Source of the DNA: a virus
Taxonomy: Duplodnaviria; Caudoviricetes
Direction: 5' to 3' (one strand)
Length of the DNA: 50,183 nt
IMG/VR virus record: IMGVR_UViG_3300037873_000030
Span: 1-50,183 of that record
The position numbers and the translations under genes were made by a program. Of this stretch, positions 37,624 to 45,834 are shown piece by piece. The notes beneath the pieces were generated by a model. It did no database searches. It saw nothing but the letters and a program-made list of their open reading frames with translations, and was not told where the DNA came from. Each line of letters begins with the position of its first letter. Within the stretch, counting starts at the first letter, position 1.

Positions 37624-38234
37624 GAGATGACCAGCCAACGCCGGTCGGGATCCTCGCCCGCCCACGACCGACCGGGGATGCGTTCCACCTTGTTCCACCC
37701 GGCGGCGTGGACCGCGTCGTCCAACGAGCCCTCGGTGAACCACCACGATGCCGGGTTGCCCAGCGCCGACCACGGATGGTCCAGCGCCTCCCCGTACACG
37801 CAACCCCGGTACGTCCGGCCGTCGACGGTCACCTCACCCTGGTCGTCGCCAACGTGGGTGTCGACGACCGCGAACTGGCCGGTTACCTTACGCATTGCCC
37901 GCAGCAGCTTCACGGCGTCCGCAGCGTCGAGGTGGTACAGGATCCCGCAGCACAGGGTCACGTCATGCCGGCCGTGTAGCTCCAGGGACAGGTCCCGCAC
38001 GTCGGCGAGTTCGAACCGTGCGGTCGAGTGCGGCACGTGGTCGAGGTTGTCCTGCCGGCCCTCCAGCGCGAGCACCTGCGCGCCGGCATGGGCGAACGTG
38101 GTGGCGAACGCGCCGGTTCGGCAGGCCAGGTCCAGCATCCGCAGCCCGAGCAGGTTGGCCCGTGCCTGCACCAGATCCAGCGTCCAGCGGACCCGCTCCG
38201 GCTCACCGGGGCCAACCAGTTCGGTTCGATCCAT
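37620..38234 (-). CDS. Class I SAM-dependent methyltransferase
   Basis: MLDLACRTG, LEGR, DVRD, DVTLCCGILYHL. Confidence 0.85.
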   Translation of the reverse strand: MDRTELVGPGEPERVRWTLDLVQARANLLGLRMLDLACRTGAFATTFAHAGAQVLALEGRQDNLDHVPHSTARFELADVRDLSLELHGRHDVTLCCGILYHLDAADAVKLLRAMRKVTGQFAVVDTHVGDDQGEVTVDGRTYRGCVYGEALDHPWSALGNPASWWFTEGSLDDAVHAAGWNKVERIPGRSWAGEDPDRRWLVIS

Positions 38235-38920
38235 CAGCACACCTTCCGGAAGACGACCATCTTCGAGACACCCAACCCGGTCGTCGTCGGCGGCGGATCC
38301 GCATGCTCAGCCCACCCGCGCATCGCCTCGATGGTCAGCGGGAAGTCGCCGTCCTGCGACACGATCACCCCGCCGGGTGTGACCAGCGGCCATAGATTCT
38401 CAAGGCAGGTGCGGGCCGACGCTGCCAGGTCGACGTCAAGGTAGACGGCAGCCACCTGCTCACGGAACCGTGGCAGCGTGTCGGCGAACCAGCCCTCGAC
38501 GTAGTGCACCACCTCGGGCGCGCCGCAGTCGGCGACCATCTGCCGGACCTCGACGAGGCTGCCCGCATACGCGCCCTCGGTGAACATGCCCCGCATGTTC
38601 TCCCCGTCGATGTTCGCGATGTGCGGTTCATCGTTGGCTGGCAGGCCGCGGAACGAGTCGAACACGATCAGATCACGGTCGAGCATGTCGGCTAGGTGGG
38701 ACAGTTTCGCCGTGCCGACACCCTGGTAGGCACCACATTCGACCAGCACACCTGATACCGGGTTCGCGAGAACAGCATCAACGAACGCGGCGATGTGCCA
38801 CGGTTGGTGGGGTGCCGGTGACGTCACAGTACCGATACGCCGGTCAAGCTCCGCGCGGTCAACAGCTATGTGAACAGGTTGAGCCATGCCAGTGCCGCAG
38901 TCTTGAACTTGGCCGTCCAC
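38234..38920 (-). CDS. TylF/MycF-family O-methyltransferase (start uncertain)
   Basis: VECGAYQG, FDSFRGLP, GWFADTLP, YLDVDL, GGVIV. Confidence 0.88.
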   Translation of the reverse strand: MDGQVQDCGTGMAQPVHIAVDRAELDRRIGTVTSPAPHQPWHIAAFVDAVLANPVSGVLVECGAYQGVGTAKLSHLADMLDRDLIVFDSFRGLPANDEPHIANIDGENMRGMFTEGAYAGSLVEVRQMVADCGAPEVVHYVEGWFADTLPRFREQVAAVYLDVDLAASARTCLENLWPLVTPGGVIVSQDGDFPLTIEAMRGWAEHADPPPTTTGLGVSKMVVFRKVC

Positions 38921-39825
38921 CCGACGGGCTCGTCTTCGATCTTGTCCGGCAGGCGTTCGATGAGTTGCCGGTAGGCACCTGTGATTGTGTCCGCGGACAG
39001 CTCGACGTCACGTACGGCCCGCCACCAGTGTTCGTTCATCGCCAACCCGGGCGCCTGCTTGCACAGGTTGACGTACACGTTGGACTGTTTGCGATGCTGG
39101 ACGCTCGGATACCCGGACACGACCGCCCAGCCGAGATGATCCAGGATCTTCTTGACCAGCACCCCGGCCCAGATGTCGTCGTACTGGTCGAAGCCGTACT
39201 CCGGGCCGAACAGGCCGAAATACATCGCCGGGGTCAACTCGGCCCGCCACGCCAGGTTCATCGCGCACATCGGCCAGAAGTTCCACCGCGGAATGGTGTC
39301 GGTGGCGGTTGCCGGCGGCAGCCGTAGACCCGGATGGTGCAGCGCTGTCGCCCCGTCCAAGTCCGGCACCTGCGACCACAACCCGTGCGACAACGCCACC
39401 GGCGACGTGCCGCGGATCCCGTACGGCACACCGCGGAACAGGACCGGATGGGGCGACGAGTTCACCCAGTCGAGCATGACCGACCCGCGCAGGTTGATCA
39501 GATGGCCGGCCAGCCAGGAGGAGCCGTCCGGGTAGCAGTCGGTGTCCAAGGTCAGGATCACCTCGGGCCGGCGGCGCCACGCCAACAGATAGCCGTACGA
39601 GCGGCATGCCGAACTCTGCGACGGGATGATCCACGCGTCGCCGCCCAGGTCCGCCTCAACATCGGCGTGGTCGACGACGGTGACGTCCAACCCGGCCGGC
39701 GGATCCGGTTTCGCGCCAACGTCCTGCACCACGATGATCGGCGTGTCACGCAACTCATGTCGCCACTCGGCCAGAAAGTTGAGGTGCGGCAGATGGTTGG
39801 GCACCACCACCACGGCCTCAACCAC
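38866..39825 (-). CDS. Reversibly glycosylated polypeptide (RGP)/UDP-arabinopyranose-mutase-like protein
   Basis: IIVVQD, SSACRSYGY, LDTDCYP, RGVPYGIR, VALSHGLWSQVPDLD, PMCAMNLAW...PAMYFGL...YDDIWAG...H.KQSN. Confidence 0.85.
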   Translation of the reverse strand: MVEAVVVVPNHLPHLNFLAEWRHELRDTPIIVVQDVGAKPDPPAGLDVTVVDHADVEADLGGDAWIIPSQSSACRSYGYLLAWRRRPEVILTLDTDCYPDGSSWLAGHLINLRGSVMLDWVNSSPHPVLFRGVPYGIRGTSPVALSHGLWSQVPDLDGATALHHPGLRLPPATATDTIPRWNFWPMCAMNLAWRAELTPAMYFGLFGPEYGFDQYDDIWAGVLVKKILDHLGWAVVSGYPSVQHRKQSNVYVNLCKQAPGLAMNEHWWRAVRDVELSADTITGAYRQLIERLPDKIEDEPVGWTAKFKTAALAWLNLFT

Positions 39826-40822
39826 GGAGCCACTCCGGATGCTTGAGCATCCACTGGACGGTGCGCTCCAGCGACTCGTCGAGGTCGACCGGCGGCTTCC
39901 AACCGGCGGCGTGGATCTTCGACGGGTCGAGGGCGTACCGGTGATCGTGTCCCGGCCGCTGGCTGTGGTAGTCCACGTACTCGTACTCCAGTGGCTTACC
40001 GGCAGCCTTAGCGATCTTCTGCGCCATGGCGAGAACGTCGAGCTCGTCGCCGGCCACATGCCACTTGTCCGGCCGGTCCGTCGACGGGTAGGCGGCCGGG
40101 ATGGTGACGGTGAGCATCCACCGCAGCGCATCGGCGTGGTTGCGGGCGTGCAGCCAATGCCGCGAGCTCGGCTCCCACCCGATGCTGACCGGCCGGGCGT
40201 GCAACGTCGCCGGCTGGCCAGCCAGCAGCGACCGCAAGGTCCGCGGAACGAACTTCTCCACGTGCTGTCTCTGGCCGTACATGTTCATGAAGTTCGTTAC
40301 GACGACCGGCACCCGGTAGGTGCGCCAGTAGGCGATCGCCAACGACTCCTGCGCAGCCTTGCTGGCCGCGTACGGGTTCGACGGGAGATACGGGTCCCAT
40401 TCACGATGCCGCTGGCCCTCGGCGGCCGGGCCGTACACCTCATCCGTGGACACCTGCACGAAGTGGCTAAGGTCCCGGGTCCGCGCCCACTCCAACATCG
40501 TCAGAGTGCAGTCGACGTTGTTGTGCACGAACGGCACCGGGTCGGCGATCGACCGGTCGACGTGCGATTCGGACGCCAGGTGCAGCACTGCGTCCACGGC
40601 GCCGATTTGCTCGTCGAGGTGCGGGTGGATCGGCGCGCGCAGGTCATGCCAGAGCAGGGTGACCCGGGCCGGGTCGTAGCCGGCCATGTCAGTCAACCGG
40701 TCGGTGCGACCCGCGTAGGTCAACGAGTCGAGGACCACTAGGTCCCAACTGGTGGTCTCCAGCAGGTGTTCGACTAGATGCGCCCCCACAAAGCCGGCCC
40801 CACCGGTTATGAGTATCCTCAC
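39818..40822 (-). CDS. rmlB: NDP-hexose 4,6-dehydratase (RmlB-like)
   Basis: TGGAGFVG, DSLTYAG, HLASESHVDRSI, VSTDEVYG, PYAASKA, RPGHDHRYALD. Confidence 0.9.
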   Translation of the reverse strand: MRILITGGAGFVGAHLVEHLLETTSWDLVVLDSLTYAGRTDRLTDMAGYDPARVTLLWHDLRAPIHPHLDEQIGAVDAVLHLASESHVDRSIADPVPFVHNNVDCTLTMLEWARTRDLSHFVQVSTDEVYGPAAEGQRHREWDPYLPSNPYAASKAAQESLAIAYWRTYRVPVVVTNFMNMYGQRQHVEKFVPRTLRSLLAGQPATLHARPVSIGWEPSSRHWLHARNHADALRWMLTVTIPAAYPSTDRPDKWHVAGDELDVLAMAQKIAKAAGKPLEYEYVDYHSQRPGHDHRYALDPSKIHAAGWKPPVDLDESLERTVQWMLKHPEWLRG

Positions 40823-41307
40823 GAGCCGTTCGGCCTCCTTCGCAATGCTCCAACTTGGCGCCAGTAGTCCATGTCATGAAGCGGTTCGCCAGCCGGCATC
40901 ACGCCATGTCGAGTCATCGCCATGTGGCAGTTCCAACAAAGGACCCTGTATAGATCAAGTCGGAGCTCGGTGCGGTAGAGATAGTCCGTGAGACCACGGT
41001 ACTTCGATTTGATCTCAACCCTATGCTTTGTGCCGTTACCGTTGATGTGATCGATGGTCAAGTACTCGTACTGACCGCAGCCGCAGAAGGCACATGTGCC
41101 GCCATACCGCTCTAGAACCGCAATTCGTTGACGCACATGGCGTCGCCTTCGGTCAGCGACATGACTCAGACGCCTAGCTTCGCTGTCCTTGCGTCGCTTG
41201 TCAGCGGCTCGACCGATTTCGCGACGACGTTCGGGGTTCGCCACGTCCCATTTACGCGAAGCTTCTTTGTGGTACTCCCGACGACGTTCTGGATCAGCAA
41301 AAGGCAC
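40819..41307 (-). CDS. HNH homing endonuclease
   Basis: CAFCG...LTIDHINGNG..HR...VLCWNCH; lower GC than flanks. Confidence 0.85.
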   Translation of the reverse strand: MPFADPERRREYHKEASRKWDVANPERRREIGRAADKRRKDSEARRLSHVADRRRRHVRQRIAVLERYGGTCAFCGCGQYEYLTIDHINGNGTKHRVEIKSKYRGLTDYLYRTELRLDLYRVLCWNCHMAMTRHGVMPAGEPLHDMDYWRQVGALRRRPNGS

Positions 41308-41381
41308 ACCCGATCATACCAATTAGGTGGTGGCCGACGAATCCGCAGCCGCCGGTGATCAGGATTCTCACGTTGCTCCCA

Positions 41382-41906
41382 TCAACGTCGTATCAGGTTG
41401 TGCGCCTCGTGCGTCCACGGACCCTTACTAGTTTTCGGTATGGGCCAGCCGGGACCGTAGCGGACCGCCATGTACTCGTCCGGCGGGTTCGGCAGCGGAT
41501 ACGACCGGCCGTCGAACTCGATCTTCGCCAGGTCGGCGACCAGCCGCGCGGGCTTGCGCATCTGACCGAGCTCGGTGTCTGTCACCAGCTCGTCTTCGAC
41601 CCGGTAGAAGATCCGAACGTCGAAAACCACGTCCCGCAGCCGGCACGCCACCTGGCACAGTTGGTCGACGAACACATCGGCGCCGGCGCGGCGCAGCGCC
41701 GCGACCAGCCTCCCACGCAACTCCGGGGTGTCGAGCACACCGACGTCCAGGTCGTTGTCGTGGGGGATCAGCCTGCCGTCGCGGTAGATGCCTAACGCGG
41801 TGCCCGACGACAGCCACCAGTGGGCGCCGATGCTGTCGAGAATGTCACCGCCATCGGAGAGCACCTGCGCCGCCTGCGGATAGTTCCGCAGCTCGGGAAT
41901 GCTCAC
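41382..41906 (-). CDS. licD: LicD-family (fukutin-like) phosphotransferase
   Basis: WWLSSGTALGIYRDGRLIPHDNDLDVG...FDG..YP.P....YM...YG.GW..P. Confidence 0.85.
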   Translation of the reverse strand: MSIPELRNYPQAAQVLSDGGDILDSIGAHWWLSSGTALGIYRDGRLIPHDNDLDVGVLDTPELRGRLVAALRRAGADVFVDQLCQVACRLRDVVFDVRIFYRVEDELVTDTELGQMRKPARLVADLAKIEFDGRSYPLPNPPDEYMAVRYGPGWPIPKTSKGPWTHEAHNLIRR

Positions 41907-42184
41907 GAATCGGCGTCGCGGACGATGTTGCCGTCGGCGTCACGCGGCAACTTCGGCCGACCGGGACGCTTCCGGGCCTCAGCCGGCGGCGGCAGCTGCG
42001 GCGGCGGCGGTGGCGGTGGCGGTGGCGGTGGCGGTGGCGACAAACCGTCGTCCATGCTGTCCACGTCGAACGGCTCGAAGTAGATCGGAATAACCTTCCG
42101 ATGTCCCTCGGGCAGCACCGTACCGACTTTCATCATGTCGTTTCCCTGCCAGTGCGGCGTGTGGCAGCGCATCAGGCGTGCCAT
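41903..42184 (-). CDS. Small protein with a Ser-Pro13 tract
   Basis: MARLMRCHTPHW...GLSPPPPPPPPPPPPPQLPPP...RKRPGRPK; GGAGG RBS. Confidence 0.7.
   Translation of the reverse strand: MARLMRCHTPHWQGNDMMKVGTVLPEGHRKVIPIYFEPFDVDSMDDGLSPPPPPPPPPPPPPQLPPPAEARKRPGRPKLPRDADGNIVRDADS
42009..42038. repeat. (GGTGGC)5 microsatellite encoding poly-Pro
   Basis: Read directly from the sequence. Confidence 0.9.
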
Positions 42185-43179
42185 CCGGCGACCTCCTCGT
42201 ATGCGTTGCGCCACTTCTTCCAACCGGCCTGGATAGTCCAGGCGGAGGCGACCTCGCGGCCCTTGGCGCCCATCTCGGCACGCATCGCCTCGTCGTTGAT
42301 CAGCTCGGTGAGCCGGGTCCGCCACTGGTCCTCGGTGTCCACCAGGAACCCGGTCACCCCGTCGACCACCATGTCCCGGTAGGCGGGCCGGTTCGCGGCC
42401 ACCAACGGAATCCCCATCGCCATGTACTCCAAGGCCCGGATGTGTGACTTCGCGTCGCAGAACGGGGTGGCCACCAACGGCGCAACGCCGATGTCGAAGT
42501 CGATGCCCTTGTAGTAGGACCAGGTGTCCGGCCGCCACCGGGTGTAGCGGCACGGCCGGTCCAGTCGCAGCAGCGGCGAGTAGTCGATGCCGACGAAGTG
42601 CATGTCGACGTCAGGGTTGTGCTGCAACACGTCGCGGATCGGCTCGGCCACCTGCACCCAGTCGCCGAGGTGGCTCATGCCACCGGCCCAGCCGATCGTC
42701 AACCGGTCCCGCTTCGGGCGGTCCAGGTACAGGATGTCCGCGTCGACGTAGTTGGGTAGCACCACGACGTTCTCGTTGTACTGCCGCATCTGCTGGGCAA
42801 GCGTTTCCGTGGAGCAGGTCACCAGATCCGACATGCTGATGCACGCCTTGAACGACTCGTGCACCTGCGGGTCGAACATGTGCGCAAGGCCGGACCACGT
42901 GTCAGGCTGCAGCACGTCGTCGTCGAGCTCGTAGACCAGCTTCACCTTGCCCTGCCAGTGCTCCCACAGCCCTTGGCCGGGGCCGCACATGCGCTGCCCC
43001 ACAACGATGTCGATCTCCTCGATCTGCTCGTCATTGGGGGTGAAATGCTGCCCAGGCTCCGGCAGCATGATCCGGTGGTGCACGCCGCGTGCCAGATGCT
43101 GGTACGGCAGGTAGAAGCGGTAGTAGCCGGACCCGTCGGCGGCGTGCGGATAGCCGAGGATCGTCAGCGGTTCAGACAT
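42172..43179 (-). CDS. Glycosyltransferase (GT-B/GT4-like)
   Basis: GYYRFYLP, YELDDD, TIGWAG..SH..DW, FDIGVAPL...AKSHIRALEY...VVDGVTGFLV. Confidence 0.9.
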   Translation of the reverse strand: MSEPLTILGYPHAADGSGYYRFYLPYQHLARGVHHRIMLPEPGQHFTPNDEQIEEIDIVVGQRMCGPGQGLWEHWQGKVKLVYELDDDVLQPDTWSGLAHMFDPQVHESFKACISMSDLVTCSTETLAQQMRQYNENVVVLPNYVDADILYLDRPKRDRLTIGWAGGMSHLGDWVQVAEPIRDVLQHNPDVDMHFVGIDYSPLLRLDRPCRYTRWRPDTWSYYKGIDFDIGVAPLVATPFCDAKSHIRALEYMAMGIPLVAANRPAYRDMVVDGVTGFLVDTEDQWRTRLTELINDEAMRAEMGAKGREVASAWTIQAGWKKWRNAYEEVAGWHA

Positions 43180-43197
43180 TTCAGGTCTCCCCATGAG

Positions 43198-43231
43198 ACC
43201 GGGTGGGCCGATGGGGACCGGCCCACCCGGT
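43198..43231 (-). terminator. Hairpin after the major capsid gene
   Basis: Perfect 13-bp stem ACCGGGTGGGCCG/CGGCCCACCCGGT, no U-tract. Confidence 0.75.
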
Positions 43232-43246
43232 GGCCTCTTGTAGGTG

Positions 43247-44635
43247 TTACTGGATGGACAGCGCCTGCAACGCGTTCGCAGTGCTGGCCTTGGCGCCCAC
43301 CCGCCAGTTGGCGAACCAGCCGGCCTCACCGGTCGGCAGGTTCGCCGTCGCGGCAGCGGTGAGCATCGGGTTGTAGATGACTCGCATACCCACCCGGTCG
43401 ACGATGATGTACTGCTCGAAGTCGCCGAACAGCAACACCTCGGTGCCGGTTGCGGTGCCGCTCGACATCGACGACGCCTCGTAGATCGGCTTGCCCAGCA
43501 GCCGTTCCGGGGTGTCCTGGCCCAGGTTGGCCCAGAACGAGGAACCGCCGGAGGTGTCGAACTGACGCGTCTTGTTGATGTAGAACAGGTTCGCCATCCA
43601 GGCCGCCCTGTTCGAGTTGCGGAACCTCGGGCCGAGCCGGCCCTGCAGCGTGTAGACGTCACCGACCGCGTACGCGGTAGCTGCCGCCGTGTTCCCGGTG
43701 GTGGATGCGGTTACCGCACCCTGCGGGATGACACCCGTGCCGGCGCCGGTTGCGAACACCGCCGCCTCCAGCCGGTCCTTCGCGTCGCCGAACAGCTTCG
43801 GCAGCTGCGCACCCAGGTCCGAGTCCTCCAACGACTCGTAGGAGCCGAACACCCACGCGTGTGCACGCTGTGGCGTGATCTGCACCTGCGAGACGGTCGG
43901 GTTGGCATCGGTGGCGGCCGAAGCCTCACCCACGAACGCGGCGTTGACACCGGCCGAGGTGACACCGTTCCACGTGTTGGAAGTGGTCTTCTCCACCCGC
44001 GACACCCGCCGGAACGGGTTCGCCGAACCCGCGTTCGACAAGATGATCGTCGCATCCAACACGAACGGCAGCATGAACCCCAGAGACGCCGTACCCAGTG
44101 TGGTGGCCCGGAACGACAAGCCCTCCGGGTCGCTCACGTACGCGCGGAACGCGTCGTAGTACTCCTGCGAACCGGTCATCAGGATGTGCCGGGCGATGCC
44201 CTTGGACATGCCCGCCAGCTTCGTCGCCTGCTCCGCATGGTCATGCGGGAAGTCGACCCACTGCGACCGTGACACCCACTCGATCGCATCGTGCGCCCGC
44301 TCCCGCATCTCCGACCCGCGCAGCATGTTCGTCCGCACGGCCTCCATGTCGTCGAACGGGGTCCGCTTGTTGCGGTACACCTGCGTCGGCGTCCCATCGA
44401 CCTTGCCACTGTCACCGGACTCGGTGGCAGTGTCCTTGTCAGCCGAGTGGATCAGGTTGAGCTTGCCAGCCCGCTCAGCCAACGGCACCCGGCGAGTCTC
44501 CAACTTGTCGTACTTGTCGAGGAGCGTGTCCGTGTAGTCCCCGTCGGTCTCCTCCACCGCCTGAGGATTCTTCTCGATCTTGTCGAGTTCAGCGCGGATC
44601 GCCTCCTGCTGCTCGACAATCTCCCTTAGGTTCAT
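43247..44635 (-). CDS. Major capsid protein (HK97 fold)
   Basis: Delta-domain-like N-terminus; GFMLPFVLD, FVGEA, LLGKPIYE, FGDF..YIIVDRVG. Confidence 0.92.
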   Translation of the reverse strand: MNLREIVEQQEAIRAELDKIEKNPQAVEETDGDYTDTLLDKYDKLETRRVPLAERAGKLNLIHSADKDTATESGDSGKVDGTPTQVYRNKRTPFDDMEAVRTNMLRGSEMRERAHDAIEWVSRSQWVDFPHDHAEQATKLAGMSKGIARHILMTGSQEYYDAFRAYVSDPEGLSFRATTLGTASLGFMLPFVLDATIILSNAGSANPFRRVSRVEKTTSNTWNGVTSAGVNAAFVGEASAATDANPTVSQVQITPQRAHAWVFGSYESLEDSDLGAQLPKLFGDAKDRLEAAVFATGAGTGVIPQGAVTASTTGNTAAATAYAVGDVYTLQGRLGPRFRNSNRAAWMANLFYINKTRQFDTSGGSSFWANLGQDTPERLLGKPIYEASSMSSGTATGTEVLLFGDFEQYIIVDRVGMRVIYNPMLTAAATANLPTGEAGWFANWRVGAKASTANALQALSIQ

Positions 44636-45834
44636 TCCGAGTTCCCGTCTGGCCGAGCAATCGCCGCGATCCGGGAGCGCCGCTCTTCGGCGTCCACATC
44701 TCGGGCAAGGCCCGGCCTAGTGGTTTTCGCTGCGGCGATACGCCGCAGCAGGGAATCCCGGCTCGAGTGCTCACCGTCGGCGGGCGGCTCGTCGGTGACG
44801 ACTTCCACAGTTGGTGCGGAAGTGTCGCTGTCCTCCGGCTCGTCGGCGACCGCACGCGTCGCCTCGTCCGGGTCGATACCGGACTCGGCGCGGGCAGCAG
44901 CCTCGCGAGTGGCGGACAAAAGTGCTGGCAGGGCCATCCCCGTCAGCATGCTTCGGACGCCGACCAGCTCCGCGTCGGCGTATGCGGGGAACGGCGTAGG
45001 ACCGTACTCCCGTAGACCCATCTCCACCCTCCGCACCACAGGCAGGGCACCATCAGAGCGGCGGCGGTAACCGCCGCGGGGTGGCCGGCGAGGGTCGGAA
45101 CGGATGATCCGGCCGGCGAAGCTGTGTCCGGTGATGTCACCGGAGCGGATCGCCTCCAGGATCTCGTCTGCCAGCGGGGTCTCGTTGTAACGGGTGATGG
45201 TTAGCAGCCCACGCTCCTCCGCCCGGATGTCCCGCGGCGAGCCCAGCGGCACCGAGAACCGGTCCGACGGGGTGCCGAACAGGGTCATCCCGTGGTTGTA
45301 AAACACCCCGGTCCGCCACGACTGGCGGCCGCCCTGCGGGCGCGCGTCGGCGATCGCCTTGTTGAACACGCTGCGTTCCAGCGTCTCCTTGTAGTGGCCT
45401 TCGTGGTCCTGGATCTCCGCCTCGCGGTCGAAGACGGCCACGTACGCCTCGACAGTGCGTCCGTCGCCGAACTCGCTGCCCTGGGCGCGAGTCAGGATCC
45501 GGATGTCCTCCAGCGGGTAGGACCGGACGAACAGTTGCGATCCAGCGGTCCACTCGGCGCGGCTGGTCTTGTCCTCGCTCACTTCGATACCAAACTTCCT
45601 CGCCGCGGCTTTGATCTTCGGCATGGCTTTGTCTCCGAACGGCGACTGCGGAGCCCTGGCCAAGGCGTTACGTACGTGGGCGGCGTCGTGGATCGGGAAG
45701 TGCCGCAGCGAACGCGGCACCGTCTTACCCTGGTCGTCCTTAGTCCCACCCGGTTCGATGTAGGCAAACGCCGAGTCCGGCAGGTCGTTCATCATCGCGG
45801 CAGTCGCCGTGGCGCGCGTCGCGTCATCACTCAT
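44632..45834 (-). CDS. HK97-type prohead protease with an extra N-terminal domain
   Basis: FYNHG, GHSF, EYGPTPFPAY; N-terminal DLPDSAFAYIEPGG...RHFPIHDAAHVRNALAR domain. Confidence 0.88.
   Translation of the reverse strand: MSDDATRATATAAMMNDLPDSAFAYIEPGGTKDDQGKTVPRSLRHFPIHDAAHVRNALARAPQSPFGDKAMPKIKAAARKFGIEVSEDKTSRAEWTAGSQLFVRSYPLEDIRILTRAQGSEFGDGRTVEAYVAVFDREAEIQDHEGHYKETLERSVFNKAIADARPQGGRQSWRTGVFYNHGMTLFGTPSDRFSVPLGSPRDIRAEERGLLTITRYNETPLADEILEAIRSGDITGHSFAGRIIRSDPRRPPRGGYRRRSDGALPVVRRVEMGLREYGPTPFPAYADAELVGVRSMLTGMALPALLSATREAAARAESGIDPDEATRAVADEPEDSDTSAPTVEVVTDEPPADGEHSSRDSLLRRIAAAKTTRPGLARDVDAEERRSRIAAIARPDGNSE

Noticed and set aside
31162-43179. Glycosyltransferases as DNA-hypermodification enzymes
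   Set aside because: They lie in the late structural operon, and I saw no hydroxymethylase, TET/JBP or nucleotide kinase genes. Less likely, though not excluded.
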